Shown in pieces: positions 8,208 through 19,062 of a stretch of DNA of 64,000 bases. The stretch covers positions 167,086 through 231,085 of the IMG/VR virus record IMGVR_UViG_3300050343_000191, one strand, 5' to 3'. How positions within the stretch are numbered: the first letter of the stretch is position 1; every line of letters begins with the position of its first letter. A program made the translations under genes and the position numbers. The notes under the pieces are model-generated. The model ran no database searches and was not told the DNA's origin. It saw nothing but the letters and a program-made list of their open reading frames with translations.

Positions 8208-8776
8208 TCTTTTTCAGTAAAGTTGTATTTGATAGCAACAGTGAAACGATATCCATTTCGGTATGTTGTTGCTTTATGTAGGATGCTTGCGGGAAATCCA
8301 ACTAATCGATTTTGAATTGGAGGAATTCCATAAAAAGAACCATCTACAAGGAATTGTGTTTCTCCACCATTATCGATATCATATCCTGGTGTGGTGTAGA
8401 AAAGAAATGTTTTTGCATCTACACCTTCATCTTCATCAGTATGAAAATATGGATTCTCACTTGGAGCGAAACAATTAATATACAATCTTACAATATTTTT
8501 TTTATCACAATCGGAGAATTTTTCTACAATTTTATCAGCAAATATATTATAAAATCTTTTTGTGTCTATGGTTGAATCATCAACAGCATTTTTTGGAATT
8601 CTTTCACTGGTAAGATCATCTTCCTCCATACCATCAAACCAGACATTATGAACTAATCCTGTTACTGGTGTATCAGAATTATCTGCCTCTCCATAGTAAT
8701 AAGGAGCATCGACACAATACTCAACTACAAAGTCAAGTTCTTCTTGTGTTAAAAAATCATCTACAACATCAATCAT
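8204..8776 (-). CDS. 2OG-Fe(II) oxygenase (prolyl-hydroxylase-like)
   Basis: FHTD, GGET, ILHKAT and RFTVAIK motifs. Confidence 0.8.
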   Translation of the reverse strand: MIDVVDDFLTQEELDFVVEYCVDAPYYYGEADNSDTPVTGLVHNVWFDGMEEDDLTSERIPKNAVDDSTIDTKRFYNIFADKIVEKFSDCDKKNIVRLYINCFAPSENPYFHTDEDEGVDAKTFLFYTTPGYDIDNGGETQFLVDGSFYGIPPIQNRLVGFPASILHKATTYRNGYRFTVAIKYNFTEKE

Positions 8777-9494
8777 TATACATTTCTCCTTGATAATCTA
8801 AAACTCTAAAATTAAATGCGATTGTAATTCTTGGATAGTCTGGGGTTGGTTTTCCTGGTTTAACAGAATGAGAAAGATAAGAAGGAAACATAATAAAGTC
8901 TCCTTCTTTAAGTTCTGGATACCAAGTGTGTGCATAATTGTTTCTATCTAATTCAACACTCAAATTACGAAGTTGTGAAAGTGGATCTCTAAATTCAACT
9001 GGTTGATGAATTTTTGGATCAAAAGATAAAAAATGAATGCAAGAATAATGCGAACCATGAGGACCACCAACGTGATCATGCTCCTCTTGCCATTCACCAT
9101 TCATATAAACATTATACCATATTTCATCAATATCAATCTTATATGGTGCATCAAAAATTGCATTAATACAAGCACCATATCTTTTTTCTAATACCTTTTG
9201 ATAAGTATCATCTTCACCAAAAAATATTTCTTTCCCTCTTGGTTCTCCATCAAATGATGTCATTAACTTATTAGTGAACCAACCCTCTGGAATCTCTAAG
9301 TTTTTTGCATCTGCTACAATCTTATCAATAAGTAAATCTTTTAATTTATCATTATCAGTCATTGACAAATGATAATATGTAATTGGAAATACTTTACAAA
9401 CAAAGTCTACAGATTTTGATATTTCTAACAGAGTTTTATTAGAAGTATCATTTTTTATAAAATTTATAGGTCCTTTAATATCTTTAGAGCTCAT
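8769..9494 (-). CDS. 2OG-Fe(II) oxygenase (TIGR02466-like), paralog of 6472-7086
   Basis: WQEEHDH, FIMFPSYLSHSV and RITIAFN; shares IPEGWFTNK and DPLxxLRxLS with the paralog. Confidence 0.8.
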   Translation of the reverse strand: MSSKDIKGPINFIKNDTSNKTLLEISKSVDFVCKVFPITYYHLSMTDNDKLKDLLIDKIVADAKNLEIPEGWFTNKLMTSFDGEPRGKEIFFGEDDTYQKVLEKRYGACINAIFDAPYKIDIDEIWYNVYMNGEWQEEHDHVGGPHGSHYSCIHFLSFDPKIHQPVEFRDPLSQLRNLSVELDRNNYAHTWYPELKEGDFIMFPSYLSHSVKPGKPTPDYPRITIAFNFRVLDYQGEMYND

Positions 9495-9514
9495 TCTTCA
9501 AAAGCAACAAACAT

Positions 9515-9543
9515 ATTCTAATCATAATTTAGGTTATTGTCAA
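9515..9543 (-). promoter_or_regulatory. Sigma70-type promoter for the oxygenase/halogenase cluster
   Basis: TTGACA-17 nt-TAGAAT. Confidence 0.75.
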
Positions 9544-9564
9544 GCCCCTCTTAATATGATAAGA

Positions 9565-11688
9565 TTAGAACAATGCGAGAGATGTAGTACCAACACCAGG
9601 AACAACGAATTGAATTTCATTTCCAACTACATTCATTTTAATACCTGTTCCAATACCACTACTGAATCCATTCAAAGCAGTCATAATTCCTGTTGTACGA
9701 ATATCTGCGCTAGGTGTTCCATCAGCAGTAGAATCGTCAAGAGCACCTTCACTAACAAAGACTGGTCCTTGAATATTAAGAGCACCAGTTGTCATTTGAG
9801 TTACCCCAACACCTATCGCAAGGCGTTCAATAACAGCAGTTCCATAAACTGTGAGAGCAGTAAATTCATCTAATGCAGTGGTGCCAATTCCAACTTGACC
9901 ACCGTCTAGTAGTGTAATATCACTTACAGATGTTTGATCAATAGTTCCACCAATACCAAGTTGATCCCCAGTAAATTGATCAAGAGGATGACCTATTTGT
10001 ACTGCTGCAAATGGTGTTTCTGTATATGATATTGGATTTATAGAAAGACCGCCACCAGTCAAATGATCATCATCAATACTAAGTCTGCCATCTACAAATA
10101 GATCTCCAACAGTAGAGACACCTGTGATATTTAAACTATTGAAGTTTTGTCCTGGTGCTGGAATAATTTCTGTTCCATCAGGATTTAGAAGTCCTGCTGA
10201 ACCATCTTCAATATAGATTGCTCTAGTAGTGATTGAAGAACCAGTTCCAGGTACGGAGATGTCACCATCTACTGCAATATTTCCACCAACTTCAACACTA
10301 GTCTGTACGAATAAGTCTGATGTACTAGTAAGTCCAGTAACTTCTAATCTTGCAGTTGGATCAGTTTTACCAATACCCAGACTACCACCATAAGTGAGAG
10401 TCATAAGGTTATTTGATCCTGTATGATGCCAATGGAAATCTCCAGTTCCGACACCAGCAGTTCCTGCTTGAAGATAATAATTTACATTACCATTTCCAAA
10501 GTTGATAAGATCTAATGACTCATAAAGACTGTATGGGAATGCTGTATTTGGATTATTATATCTAATTCCTCCACTATTTTCTGCTAAAGAAGTAGTCGAA
10601 CCTAAAGAAACAAGAGATTCTATATTAGTTGTAGTGTTAATACCACTCGATAATTGGAGAATAGATGGAGAGTTAAATTTTCTAATTGTAATATCTGATG
10701 TTAATTCAGAATCTGTCCCAACACCAATTAAAGTTGCGCTTAAAATATTTGAAACAGTTGCAACACCGACTGTAAGATCATTAATATCTACATCAGCATC
10801 AGATGTTAAACTTCTTGCTGTTGTTGCTGTACCAGTAACATCTCCAGTGATTCCACCAATGAAACTTGATGCAGCAACTGCGGATGCTGTCAATATACCA
10901 ACAATAATATCTGGAGTTCCAACTAATCCTTCTGCACCAGTTGCAATGCCAGTAACATTACCAGTAACATTACCAGTAACATCTCCAGTTAAAGGTCCAC
11001 TGAATGTACCAGCAGTGATAATACCTGATAAATTAAGATTGCTTGGTATTCTATTATTTTCAAGAATGGGAAGTCTATCGTTAGAGATAGTTCCTAATTC
11101 AATATTTGTACCATCTAATAATGTTAATTCGGAACCAATACCTGCAAATGAATGTGCTGTTACAATTCCAGTTGCATAGATGTCTCCAGTTGAATTGATG
11201 CCGACACCGTTTCCAAAGTTGAGTGGGTCTGTAGTGCCACCAATTTGAAGTGTAAATCTAGGATCATCAGTTGCAACACCAACAAAACCTCTATTGTAGA
11301 TGCTGGTAAATCCCAAACCAACATCTATATCTAACCACTGTGATGTTGGCATTCCTTGTAGGAATCTGGCATCACCATAATATGTGACAATTCCTGATGG
11401 ATCTGTTGCAGTGATGAAACCAGATTGAATACTAATTCCAGCACCAATTAAAGTATTCCCTACCTCTATATTTTCAATCGTCGCAGTATCAGAGACGGAT
11501 AATGTTTGACCTCTTAGTTGAGATGCAGTTAAAAATCCTGTAACTCTTGCATTTCCGCCATTAACGTGCAAGAGTTCTGTTGGAACCGTAGTTCCAATTC
11601 CAACCAGTCCAGTAGGACTTACAACCAGATTGTCATCATCAACTTGAACGCCATTGCGAAAGTTGAATTGCTTTCTTATATTCGCCAT
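9565..11688 (-). CDS. Tail-fibre-like virion protein
   Basis: Repeated VGIGTT and VTGN fibre motifs, Gly/Thr-rich, late promoter upstream. Confidence 0.7.
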   Translation of the reverse strand: MANIRKQFNFRNGVQVDDDNLVVSPTGLVGIGTTVPTELLHVNGGNARVTGFLTASQLRGQTLSVSDTATIENIEVGNTLIGAGISIQSGFITATDPSGIVTYYGDARFLQGMPTSQWLDIDVGLGFTSIYNRGFVGVATDDPRFTLQIGGTTDPLNFGNGVGINSTGDIYATGIVTAHSFAGIGSELTLLDGTNIELGTISNDRLPILENNRIPSNLNLSGIITAGTFSGPLTGDVTGNVTGNVTGIATGAEGLVGTPDIIVGILTASAVAASSFIGGITGDVTGTATTARSLTSDADVDINDLTVGVATVSNILSATLIGVGTDSELTSDITIRKFNSPSILQLSSGINTTTNIESLVSLGSTTSLAENSGGIRYNNPNTAFPYSLYESLDLINFGNGNVNYYLQAGTAGVGTGDFHWHHTGSNNLMTLTYGGSLGIGKTDPTARLEVTGLTSTSDLFVQTSVEVGGNIAVDGDISVPGTGSSITTRAIYIEDGSAGLLNPDGTEIIPAPGQNFNSLNITGVSTVGDLFVDGRLSIDDDHLTGGGLSINPISYTETPFAAVQIGHPLDQFTGDQLGIGGTIDQTSVSDITLLDGGQVGIGTTALDEFTALTVYGTAVIERLAIGVGVTQMTTGALNIQGPVFVSEGALDDSTADGTPSADIRTTGIMTALNGFSSGIGTGIKMNVVGNEIQFVVPGVGTTSLALF

Positions 11689-11708
11689 CGTATATGGTGA
11701 TTTTTATC

Positions 11709-11715
11709 TATTTAT
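11709..11715 (-). promoter_or_regulatory. T4-like late promoter
   Basis: ATAAATA 21 nt upstream of the start codon. Confidence 0.6.
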
Positions 11716-12737
11716 CAAAAGACTCCACCATTAAATGTTGGACCGTATATAGTCCCAGATACGACATAATTTACACTTCCACTACCTGAGATAACAATAG
11801 ATCTACCTTTGCCACCGCCACCACTATCACCACTACTACCATTACTACCATAACTTCCACCATTGCCGCCGCTACGAGCGCCATCGCCGCCGCCACCACC
11901 GCCGCCTCCAGGACCGCCTTGACTACCATCACCACCTCTACTACCGCCGTTGCCGCCTCCAGAACCACCTGCACCGCCTGGAAATCCTTGACCGCCGCCT
12001 CCGCCGCCGCCACCTTTTCTTCTTCTATCCTTCCTTCTATTTCTACCTCTGGAATCACACCACCATCCACATCTCCTATAATCACGGGATCGTTTGTGCC
12101 TATCCTTTCTTTTACCAGCACCGCCGCCTCCTCCACCGCCGCCACCAGCGATGAATCCATAGTTAGTAATATCGAGAGGATATTCAACACCTAATCCAGA
12201 AGATCCCCTCTTACCACCACTAGGACCTCCACTTCTATTTCCACCTTTTCCACCAGCACCAGCGGCACCAATAATTGCACCAGAACCACCAATATTCAAA
12301 TCAAGATTGGTATTACTATTCCAACTACCAGTTCTTAATGCACACTTTAGTCCACGACTACCATCATACTCTGATCCAATTCTCTTATTGACGTGGATAA
12401 TAACTCTAGTTCCATTAGTATTACTCGGTCTTCCCCTAAAACCACCAATTGTTTGAACTCTATTGGAACTACCATTATTATATCTGTTTCTAGCAGTAGC
12501 TCTTCTTATATTACTACCATCATAATAATTTACAACACAATTAAGTTGTTTGCTGTAAAAATTACTTATACGGATAGTTCCACTCTGTGGAACACCAGTG
12601 TCAAGGGGCAGATTGGACATTGCCCCAAAAGTTTCACTAACTCGATATCTACCTAAACTAACCCCACCTCCACCATCAGCGCGACCAAACTCACTAATGA
12701 TATTAGAGAACCTTATTGTTCCAGAACCCTGTAACAT
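11715..12737 (-). CDS. Glycine-rich adhesin-like virion protein
   Basis: Poly-Gly blocks; lies directly downstream of the S74-bearing fibre; contains an Arg-rich insert. Confidence 0.65.
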   Translation of the reverse strand: MLQGSGTIRFSNIISEFGRADGGGGVSLGRYRVSETFGAMSNLPLDTGVPQSGTIRISNFYSKQLNCVVNYYDGSNIRRATARNRYNNGSSNRVQTIGGFRGRPSNTNGTRVIIHVNKRIGSEYDGSRGLKCALRTGSWNSNTNLDLNIGGSGAIIGAAGAGGKGGNRSGGPSGGKRGSSGLGVEYPLDITNYGFIAGGGGGGGGGAGKRKDRHKRSRDYRRCGWWCDSRGRNRRKDRRRKGGGGGGGGQGFPGGAGGSGGGNGGSRGGDGSQGGPGGGGGGGGDGARSGGNGGSYGSNGSSGDSGGGGKGRSIVISGSGSVNYVVSGTIYGPTFNGGVF

Positions 12738-12749
12738 ATCTCTTTTTGA

Positions 12750-15700
12750 TTATTTATTGAGTTTATCTTCAAGAGTAGAAACTTTATCAGAAAGTTCCTT
12801 AATTGCCTCAATCAAAAGTGGGACAATTTTTTCATATTGAACAGTAATGTAATCATCATCACGAGTCTTAACTGCTTCCGGAAGAACTTTTTGAATTTCT
12901 TGTGCAGAAACACCTACGTTTCTTACATCAGTTGGGAAACCAAGTTCAGCACCTTTTTCATTGAAGTTGTACGTAAATCCACTTAGAGAGCAAACTTTAG
13001 CGAGAGCATCATCTAGTGGTGCCTTGTCGGTCTTAACACGATCATCAGATATGAAAGCGACAAGATCTCCAAGCAATCTTAAAGTATTGCTTGATGAGTC
13101 ATAGGATATTCCAGAATCAACTCTTGCTGTTGTATAATGATTTCCAGGTGCGGTCCCTTCTTGTAGTAAGAGATAATGCGGACCAAAGGAATTTCCTAAT
13201 CCATTAACTCTGATTTGATTAGACTTATCAGCAGTTCCTGCAAATCTGGATGCAGTAACAGTGTTGCCACCAAAGTTTCCAGATCCATTTACAGTTAATG
13301 TTCCATCAATAGTAGTAGCATCAAGTGTTGTGTTTCCAGCAACATTAAGTCCATCAAGTTCTGTAGTACCATCAACATCAAGGTTGCCTGTAACAACTAA
13401 GTTATCATCAACTCTTGTTGTTCCACTAGCAGAGTCGAGTTCTAAGTTTCCTGTTGCTGTATCAATTTCATTGTCACCACTTACACCAATTCTAATTTCA
13501 TCAATGTGTGCCTCAGAGAATGGTTTTGCTGCTGTACCAAGATATGCACCCTCATCAGTATCGGGAACAATACCAGTATCAACAGTGACTTCTCCAGTTA
13601 ATTTGGAAGATCCATTAACAGTAAGGGTTCCATCAAGTTGTAAGTTACCACCAAAATCAACATCACCACAAACAAATAGTTTCTTGCCGATTGCAACACC
13701 ACCTTGAACTCTCAGTGCAGCATTTGCATCTGTGCAAGAAGTTGCATCATTAGTATTTTGAAAGTCAACTCTACCAATAACTCTCAAATCATTATTGAGA
13801 ACCAGTTTCTTGTTCATTCTCACATCACCGTTGAAGGTGATAGGACCATCAAACTGTGAAAGAATTTGCTTAGACTTACCACCCTCAACCAAGATTCTTT
13901 CTTTGACAATAACCTCATCAAATACAACAGAGAGTCTATTGGGATCTTCACCAGTTACGGTTGGTGTTGGAACATCAAATGTGGTTTGCTCACCAGACTG
14001 TGCCGAATACTTAGTGTTTCCAATGTAGAAATCACCATCACTGTCCATACCAGTGTAAAGAACAGTACCACAAGAGGTTTCTTGTGCTTGAGACAAGAAC
14101 TCTTCCTTTTCACTAAGAGTCTTAACTTGGACTTGTGGGAGACCAGTAGAGTAGTTACCAGGACCATAACCAAGATATTCAAAGGTATGACCAGAAGCAC
14201 GAAGGATTGAAGGTCTACGAAGTTCAATAGGTGCTAACTTAATTTTCTTAATCTGAGCACCGTTTGCGTGCGGTTCAATAATGGTTCCCATAGAACCGCG
14301 AATGACCTGAATCTCATTATTACCACCACCAATGAGAGTTGTAGACTTAAGTCTCATAATCTCATTGCCAATCTGGAGGTAAGAACCAAGTGGGAATCTT
14401 GCGATTACTTCACTTGCACCAGTTGGAAGATTGGCAATAAAGTTCTCTTCAGTTGTAATTGATTGACCCAAGAACAACACTTCATTATCATAATTTGGAA
14501 TACCTCTAGTTCCAAGATTTTCACCTAGAGAGTCGGCACTTGCATTGTTAGCAGAAAATCCGTGCTTCAGTACGTGCTTAGTAGTAGAAAGTGATGTAGT
14601 GGAGGAAACTTGGAAAGTATTGTATGTGGCATTATTGACAATAAAATCACCAACAAGACCATTTGAAGCATCAGTAAGTCTTACTTTGTTACCAACAACG
14701 AGTCCGTGTCCTTCAGTTGTGACAATTTGTTCAATCCCAGTAGTAGGTGTAGTTACACCATTAGCAGCAACGATACCAACTCTGCCAATAACCATTGCAT
14801 ACTGACCTGAGATAATAACAGGATCATTTGCAGTTTTTGCAATCGTTAATTGTTTTTTGGAACTAGAATCACTAATTCTATAGTAACCATCAGTTGCAGT
14901 ACCAATACCAGTAATTTGAACATAGTCTGCTGTTGCTGTTGAAATGCCAGATAATGTGGTTACAATATTTGCAGATGGTGTTCCACCAATAGTGCTAGAA
15001 TCAAAGTAAAGTGTTTCTGAAGGGGTATATCCAGATCCAGGTTCTTTAATAGTTGCAATAGTAACAGCACCACTACTAACTGTAACGTCAGCAGTAGCAC
15101 CATCCCACATAGCATTACTTGGTGCGGCATTATTATTAAACAGTCTTACATTAAAGTAATCTCCATCAATATGACCTGATCCACCATTTAATGTTGTATA
15201 GGAATTTAATCCATTCAGTTGGTGCTCGTCGTCAAATACGATTACCGCAGAAGCACCACTATCAACAACACTAGTAATCTTATTACCAAGAGAGAATGAA
15301 TCGACAAACTTGTCAAGAGTTTCTCTAGTAATACTTCTCTTCAGATCATTAGTGACAACCTCACCAATTGGATTTCTCTTAGCAAGACTAACTGCCGATG
15401 TTGGGTTATCGTCTACATTATCTCTATCTAACTGTGGGTATAGATTTGTTACCTTTTGACTATACTTAGAATTTACAAATTCACTACCAATAGCATTTCC
15501 ACTGTTAAGAACATACAGATAATAAACACCATCTTGAACATTTTGGATGTATGGTTTAATAACTTCTGTACGATAGAGATAGAAGTTTTCATTATTATTG
15601 TTTCTCTTGAATCTTGGAAGTACTTTATTTCTGACGTTGGTATCATTCAGAATATTACCAGGATCATGAGTAACACCAGAAATATCTACATCATTAACTG

Positions 15701-18521
15701 TAAATGTCTTATCATCTACAATATCCTCAACATTGAATGTACCATTAAATCCAAAGTCTTTACTTGCTGCACCATTTGTACTGCTAACTACATCAGAAAT
15801 AATAACAACATCTTCATTCTTTAGATTGTGTGGTTTATCTGCTCTAATTGTGATTAAGTTTGCACCATTGTCGTAAGTGCAAGTAGTAATAAATCTAGGA
15901 TTACGATCAAAATCATAATCTGATCTACCAATATCAGTAAGATTAAAGTCAGAAGTCTCTCTTACATTGACAGTGCTTGAATCTTGTAAAATAAATCCAT
16001 TGACTGGATCTCTGGTATTGTCAAGTTCCTTAGGAACAACATAACGCATTCTATAGAGTTTTTCATCCAAACTTCTATCATCTGCCTTTCTCTTGACATA
16101 TGTGATTTCACTATCGTTATTGGAAAGAGTAATAACGTGCTGGAAAAGTGGGCTGTTGTTCTCACAGTGAATGAACCATCCAGCAGTTTCATTTGTTACT
16201 ACACTAGTTTCTACATTGGTGATAGATCTAGTTGCAGAGTCATATTGAATTGGATGTCCAAGTTCACCTGCTTCTTTATCTGAAACTCTACTCTCTACTC
16301 TAATTTCAGATCCAAGATAGACTGGAATGTATATGGGAGTCTGTGCTTCAGCATTAGTTTTAGAAGAAGCAACTTGGAACTGAGTACCATTGAGAGACAT
16401 TCCATCTGCTCTAGTACCATTCTTTTCAAGGGTGATCGCAAAATATACACTTTCTTCTTCTAAACCTTCAGGAAGATCGCCATTTTCACTGAAAATACGA
16501 ATCGATTCACCATTTTTTAGATCGTGAGATGCTGTACAATTAAACACCATTTGAGTTGGTGATTGTGCAACAGGAGTTGTGATAGTTACATCTCTATAGA
16601 TCTTTGCAGAAGTATCAGTTCCAGAGATGGTATTTGTATTAAGATCTAATGGACCATTGGTCATTAAAATCTTACCGGCATTAGTATCAGCGTCTAAGAA
16701 AACTTCATCATCGACTTTAGCACCAATCCTAAAACCCTGAGAAATAATTGGAGGTGGTACATCCTCTGCAGTGTATCCTAACAGATAGATTCTATTCGCT
16801 CTATTAATACTCTTAGTTCTAGAAACATCAAACTGAACCCACTCAACCTCAAATTCAGAATTAGAAACTGATCTAGGAGCAATAATATTGGTAATATAAC
16901 CTTTATCATCTTTGGTGAATGCATCTCTCTTAAATCCTTCCGCGCCAAGAGAGAACTGACCAAAGTTGGAGTTGGAGTTAGTAATTGATGCGTCACCACC
17001 ACTATCTGCAAGGAAGTGTAAGTGGAAACCAATAGCAAAAACAGAAACAACCTGAACAACCGAATCGTTGCTCATTTTAATGTGAACTGTCTTCCAACCT
17101 TCTCTATAAACAGCGTCAGAACTTAAGTGTAAGACTTGATTTGAGTTTGAAGACTCTGCAGATAGTTCATCTCCAGATCTAGTTTTATAGTTGATACCCT
17201 GCCACTGACGGTTACTCTTATTGTACTTAACAAAAGCACGATCATCTTTCTGCAGAGATACAGCAGTAAATTGTGCAACAACCATTGAGCGGAAACCATC
17301 CGCCTTAGAACCATCAGCATGCATACCCTGCATACCATAAACAGAACGCAATGATACGTTAAAGATATATGGAGATGCACCAGAAACTGTATCAGTCTCA
17401 ATAGTTACGCTGGCATTTGATCCAATACTTAATCCCGCAGGTTGACCAGCAGGAAGGTTTGCCCTTACAAATGGGAGTGCATACGTAAATCTAGTTTCAT
17501 CAAGAACTTGAACAACTTTTGTTGAGATATTATAGTCAGGTTCACTGATTCCACGAATCTTAACAGGTGTGCCTGCACTCAGTTCGTGAGCAATCTGAGT
17601 TGTAACTGTAACGATAGTTCCAGGAGTTGCACCATCACCAGAGATAATATTGGAGATCCTTACTGGGTCAGCACCAAATGCACCAACAATTTCCCATTCT
17701 GGACGCTGCTTAGAGAAAGATTCTGCCTGTGATGGATACTTCTGATCAATTTCTCTACCAGATGCTCTGTTGAAAGCATTACTGATCTTGCTATAGTACA
17801 TATCAAGATCAGTGAGTTGATACCCACCAACCAAGTTAACACCATCAGCATACTCAAAGCAGGTAACTTTGTGGTGTGAAAATACAGGTTTTGATCTATT
17901 ATTCTCAGAGAAATCTTTGGGGTCCGTGTAAACTAACCCACTTTCATCACCATCAAAGAAGGTAAACTGCCAGAAATAGCAAGCACCAGTAATTCTAAAG
18001 ATTGCAGACTGCCTTACAGTATCGTCTGTTGGATTTGGAACATATTTTGGTCTAACTTTAGTCTTTCTTAAATCTAGACCAACGATAGAAGTACCACGAG
18101 GAATAATGATACCACCATACACACTATTAAACTTATACAGGATATTATTTTCCTGTGTAAGGTCAAAGTTGGAGTTGAGAGTGAGAGTTAATTCTGATTG
18201 AGCATTTGTTTGTGCTCCATTTGGTGCAACGGAAATTGCATTATTGCCAATATCCTGAATTGCATATCCAGGTCTATTATCAATTAAGTGCTCACCAGGA
18301 AACACTAGAATTGTGGTCTTCTCTACAATATCGTTGTCTTCACCTCTAAGATATGAAAATCTTGCCGACTCAATCAGAGCACGTTGAATTGTTTTAAAGG
18401 GTTTTGTTAATGAATTTCCTTGATTTTCAACACCATCAGTGGAATCAAGGTCATTAGGATTAACATACAGAATGCGACCTTCAGCATTCTTGATAAAATT
18501 CTCAAGCTTATTAAGAGGCAT
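12750..18521 (-). CDS. Large structural/fibre protein with C-terminal peptidase S74 intramolecular chaperone
   Basis: 1923 aa; C-terminal SDDRVK...GFTYNF...VGVSAQEI...YEKIVPLLIEAIKEL. Confidence 0.8.
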   Translation of the reverse strand: MPLNKLENFIKNAEGRILYVNPNDLDSTDGVENQGNSLTKPFKTIQRALIESARFSYLRGEDNDIVEKTTILVFPGEHLIDNRPGYAIQDIGNNAISVAPNGAQTNAQSELTLTLNSNFDLTQENNILYKFNSVYGGIIIPRGTSIVGLDLRKTKVRPKYVPNPTDDTVRQSAIFRITGACYFWQFTFFDGDESGLVYTDPKDFSENNRSKPVFSHHKVTCFEYADGVNLVGGYQLTDLDMYYSKISNAFNRASGREIDQKYPSQAESFSKQRPEWEIVGAFGADPVRISNIISGDGATPGTIVTVTTQIAHELSAGTPVKIRGISEPDYNISTKVVQVLDETRFTYALPFVRANLPAGQPAGLSIGSNASVTIETDTVSGASPYIFNVSLRSVYGMQGMHADGSKADGFRSMVVAQFTAVSLQKDDRAFVKYNKSNRQWQGINYKTRSGDELSAESSNSNQVLHLSSDAVYREGWKTVHIKMSNDSVVQVVSVFAIGFHLHFLADSGGDASITNSNSNFGQFSLGAEGFKRDAFTKDDKGYITNIIAPRSVSNSEFEVEWVQFDVSRTKSINRANRIYLLGYTAEDVPPPIISQGFRIGAKVDDEVFLDADTNAGKILMTNGPLDLNTNTISGTDTSAKIYRDVTITTPVAQSPTQMVFNCTASHDLKNGESIRIFSENGDLPEGLEEESVYFAITLEKNGTRADGMSLNGTQFQVASSKTNAEAQTPIYIPVYLGSEIRVESRVSDKEAGELGHPIQYDSATRSITNVETSVVTNETAGWFIHCENNSPLFQHVITLSNNDSEITYVKRKADDRSLDEKLYRMRYVVPKELDNTRDPVNGFILQDSSTVNVRETSDFNLTDIGRSDYDFDRNPRFITTCTYDNGANLITIRADKPHNLKNEDVVIISDVVSSTNGAASKDFGFNGTFNVEDIVDDKTFTVNDVDISGVTHDPGNILNDTNVRNKVLPRFKRNNNNENFYLYRTEVIKPYIQNVQDGVYYLYVLNSGNAIGSEFVNSKYSQKVTNLYPQLDRDNVDDNPTSAVSLAKRNPIGEVVTNDLKRSITRETLDKFVDSFSLGNKITSVVDSGASAVIVFDDEHQLNGLNSYTTLNGGSGHIDGDYFNVRLFNNNAAPSNAMWDGATADVTVSSGAVTIATIKEPGSGYTPSETLYFDSSTIGGTPSANIVTTLSGISTATADYVQITGIGTATDGYYRISDSSSKKQLTIAKTANDPVIISGQYAMVIGRVGIVAANGVTTPTTGIEQIVTTEGHGLVVGNKVRLTDASNGLVGDFIVNNATYNTFQVSSTTSLSTTKHVLKHGFSANNASADSLGENLGTRGIPNYDNEVLFLGQSITTEENFIANLPTGASEVIARFPLGSYLQIGNEIMRLKSTTLIGGGNNEIQVIRGSMGTIIEPHANGAQIKKIKLAPIELRRPSILRASGHTFEYLGYGPGNYSTGLPQVQVKTLSEKEEFLSQAQETSCGTVLYTGMDSDGDFYIGNTKYSAQSGEQTTFDVPTPTVTGEDPNRLSVVFDEVIVKERILVEGGKSKQILSQFDGPITFNGDVRMNKKLVLNNDLRVIGRVDFQNTNDATSCTDANAALRVQGGVAIGKKLFVCGDVDFGGNLQLDGTLTVNGSSKLTGEVTVDTGIVPDTDEGAYLGTAAKPFSEAHIDEIRIGVSGDNEIDTATGNLELDSASGTTRVDDNLVVTGNLDVDGTTELDGLNVAGNTTLDATTIDGTLTVNGSGNFGGNTVTASRFAGTADKSNQIRVNGLGNSFGPHYLLLQEGTAPGNHYTTARVDSGISYDSSSNTLRLLGDLVAFISDDRVKTDKAPLDDALAKVCSLSGFTYNFNEKGAELGFPTDVRNVGVSAQEIQKVLPEAVKTRDDDYITVQYEKIVPLLIEAIKELSDKVSTLEDKLNK

Positions 18522-18553
18522 CTTATTTTGACAACTATTAGATTTCTATGTTT

Positions 18554-18560
18554 TATTTAT
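18554..18560 (-). promoter_or_regulatory. T4-like late promoter
   Basis: ATAAATA upstream of the 1923 aa gene. Confidence 0.6.
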
Positions 18561-18868
18561 TAACCCATAAAATCTTCTTCATCATAGTATGGAATTAAAT
18601 CTTCAGGTAATTCTTTTGCGTTTGAAATTTTAATAGGATCAAAGCATGGATGCATTTCTTCCATCATTAGATAATTAGATCCTTGATAGACATCTTTTAT
18701 TTCATAACTCCAATGTTTATTTGCCTCTTCTACTAAATCTCTATCCCAAAGATGACCCTCAGGCATTTCGTCGAAGGTGAATGGTATTCCTTCTAAAAAA
18801 TACATTTTGACAATTTCTCTCTCATCGTTATACCAACAATGCTTCGTAGTTATCTTAAATGACGACAT
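18560..18868 (-). CDS. Hypothetical protein
   Basis: 102 aa ORF with ATAAATA at 18889-18895 upstream. Confidence 0.65.
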   Translation of the reverse strand: MSSFKITTKHCWYNDEREIVKMYFLEGIPFTFDEMPEGHLWDRDLVEEANKHWSYEIKDVYQGSNYLMMEEMHPCFDPIKISNAKELPEDLIPYYDEEDFMG

Positions 18869-18900
18869 AAAAACTATGCAAGTGGTTTTATTTATTTTGA

Positions 18901-18985
18901 TGCGAGTAGGGAGACTTGAACTCCCACGAGATTAATTCTCAACAGATTTTAAGTCTGGTGCGTCTACCGATTCCGCCATACTCGC
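18901..18985 (-). tRNA. trnL: tRNA-Leu(UAA)
   Basis: GCGAGTA acceptor stem, GGCGGAATCGGTAGACGC D arm, CTTAAAA anticodon loop, long variable arm, GTTCAAG T loop; no encoded CCA. Confidence 0.92.
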
Positions 18986-18989
18986 TTAG

Positions 18990-19062
18990 TGCTTCCTGTG
19001 AGGATCGAACTCACCTTAGGCAAATTATGAGTTTGCTGCATTCACCAGATTGCTAAGGAAGC
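18990..19062 (-). tRNA. trnM: tRNA with CAU anticodon (Met, or lysidine-dependent Ile2)
   Basis: GCTTCCT/AGGAAGC acceptor stem, GCAAA-CTCATAA-TTTGC anticodon arm, GTTCGAT T loop. Confidence 0.88.

Noticed and set aside
9556-16192. Plus-strand and alternative-frame ORFs within the fibre genes (e.g. 10634-11179, 11771-12190, 13261-13707)
   Set aside because: Expected stop-poor shadows of Gly/Thr/Val-rich coding sequence.
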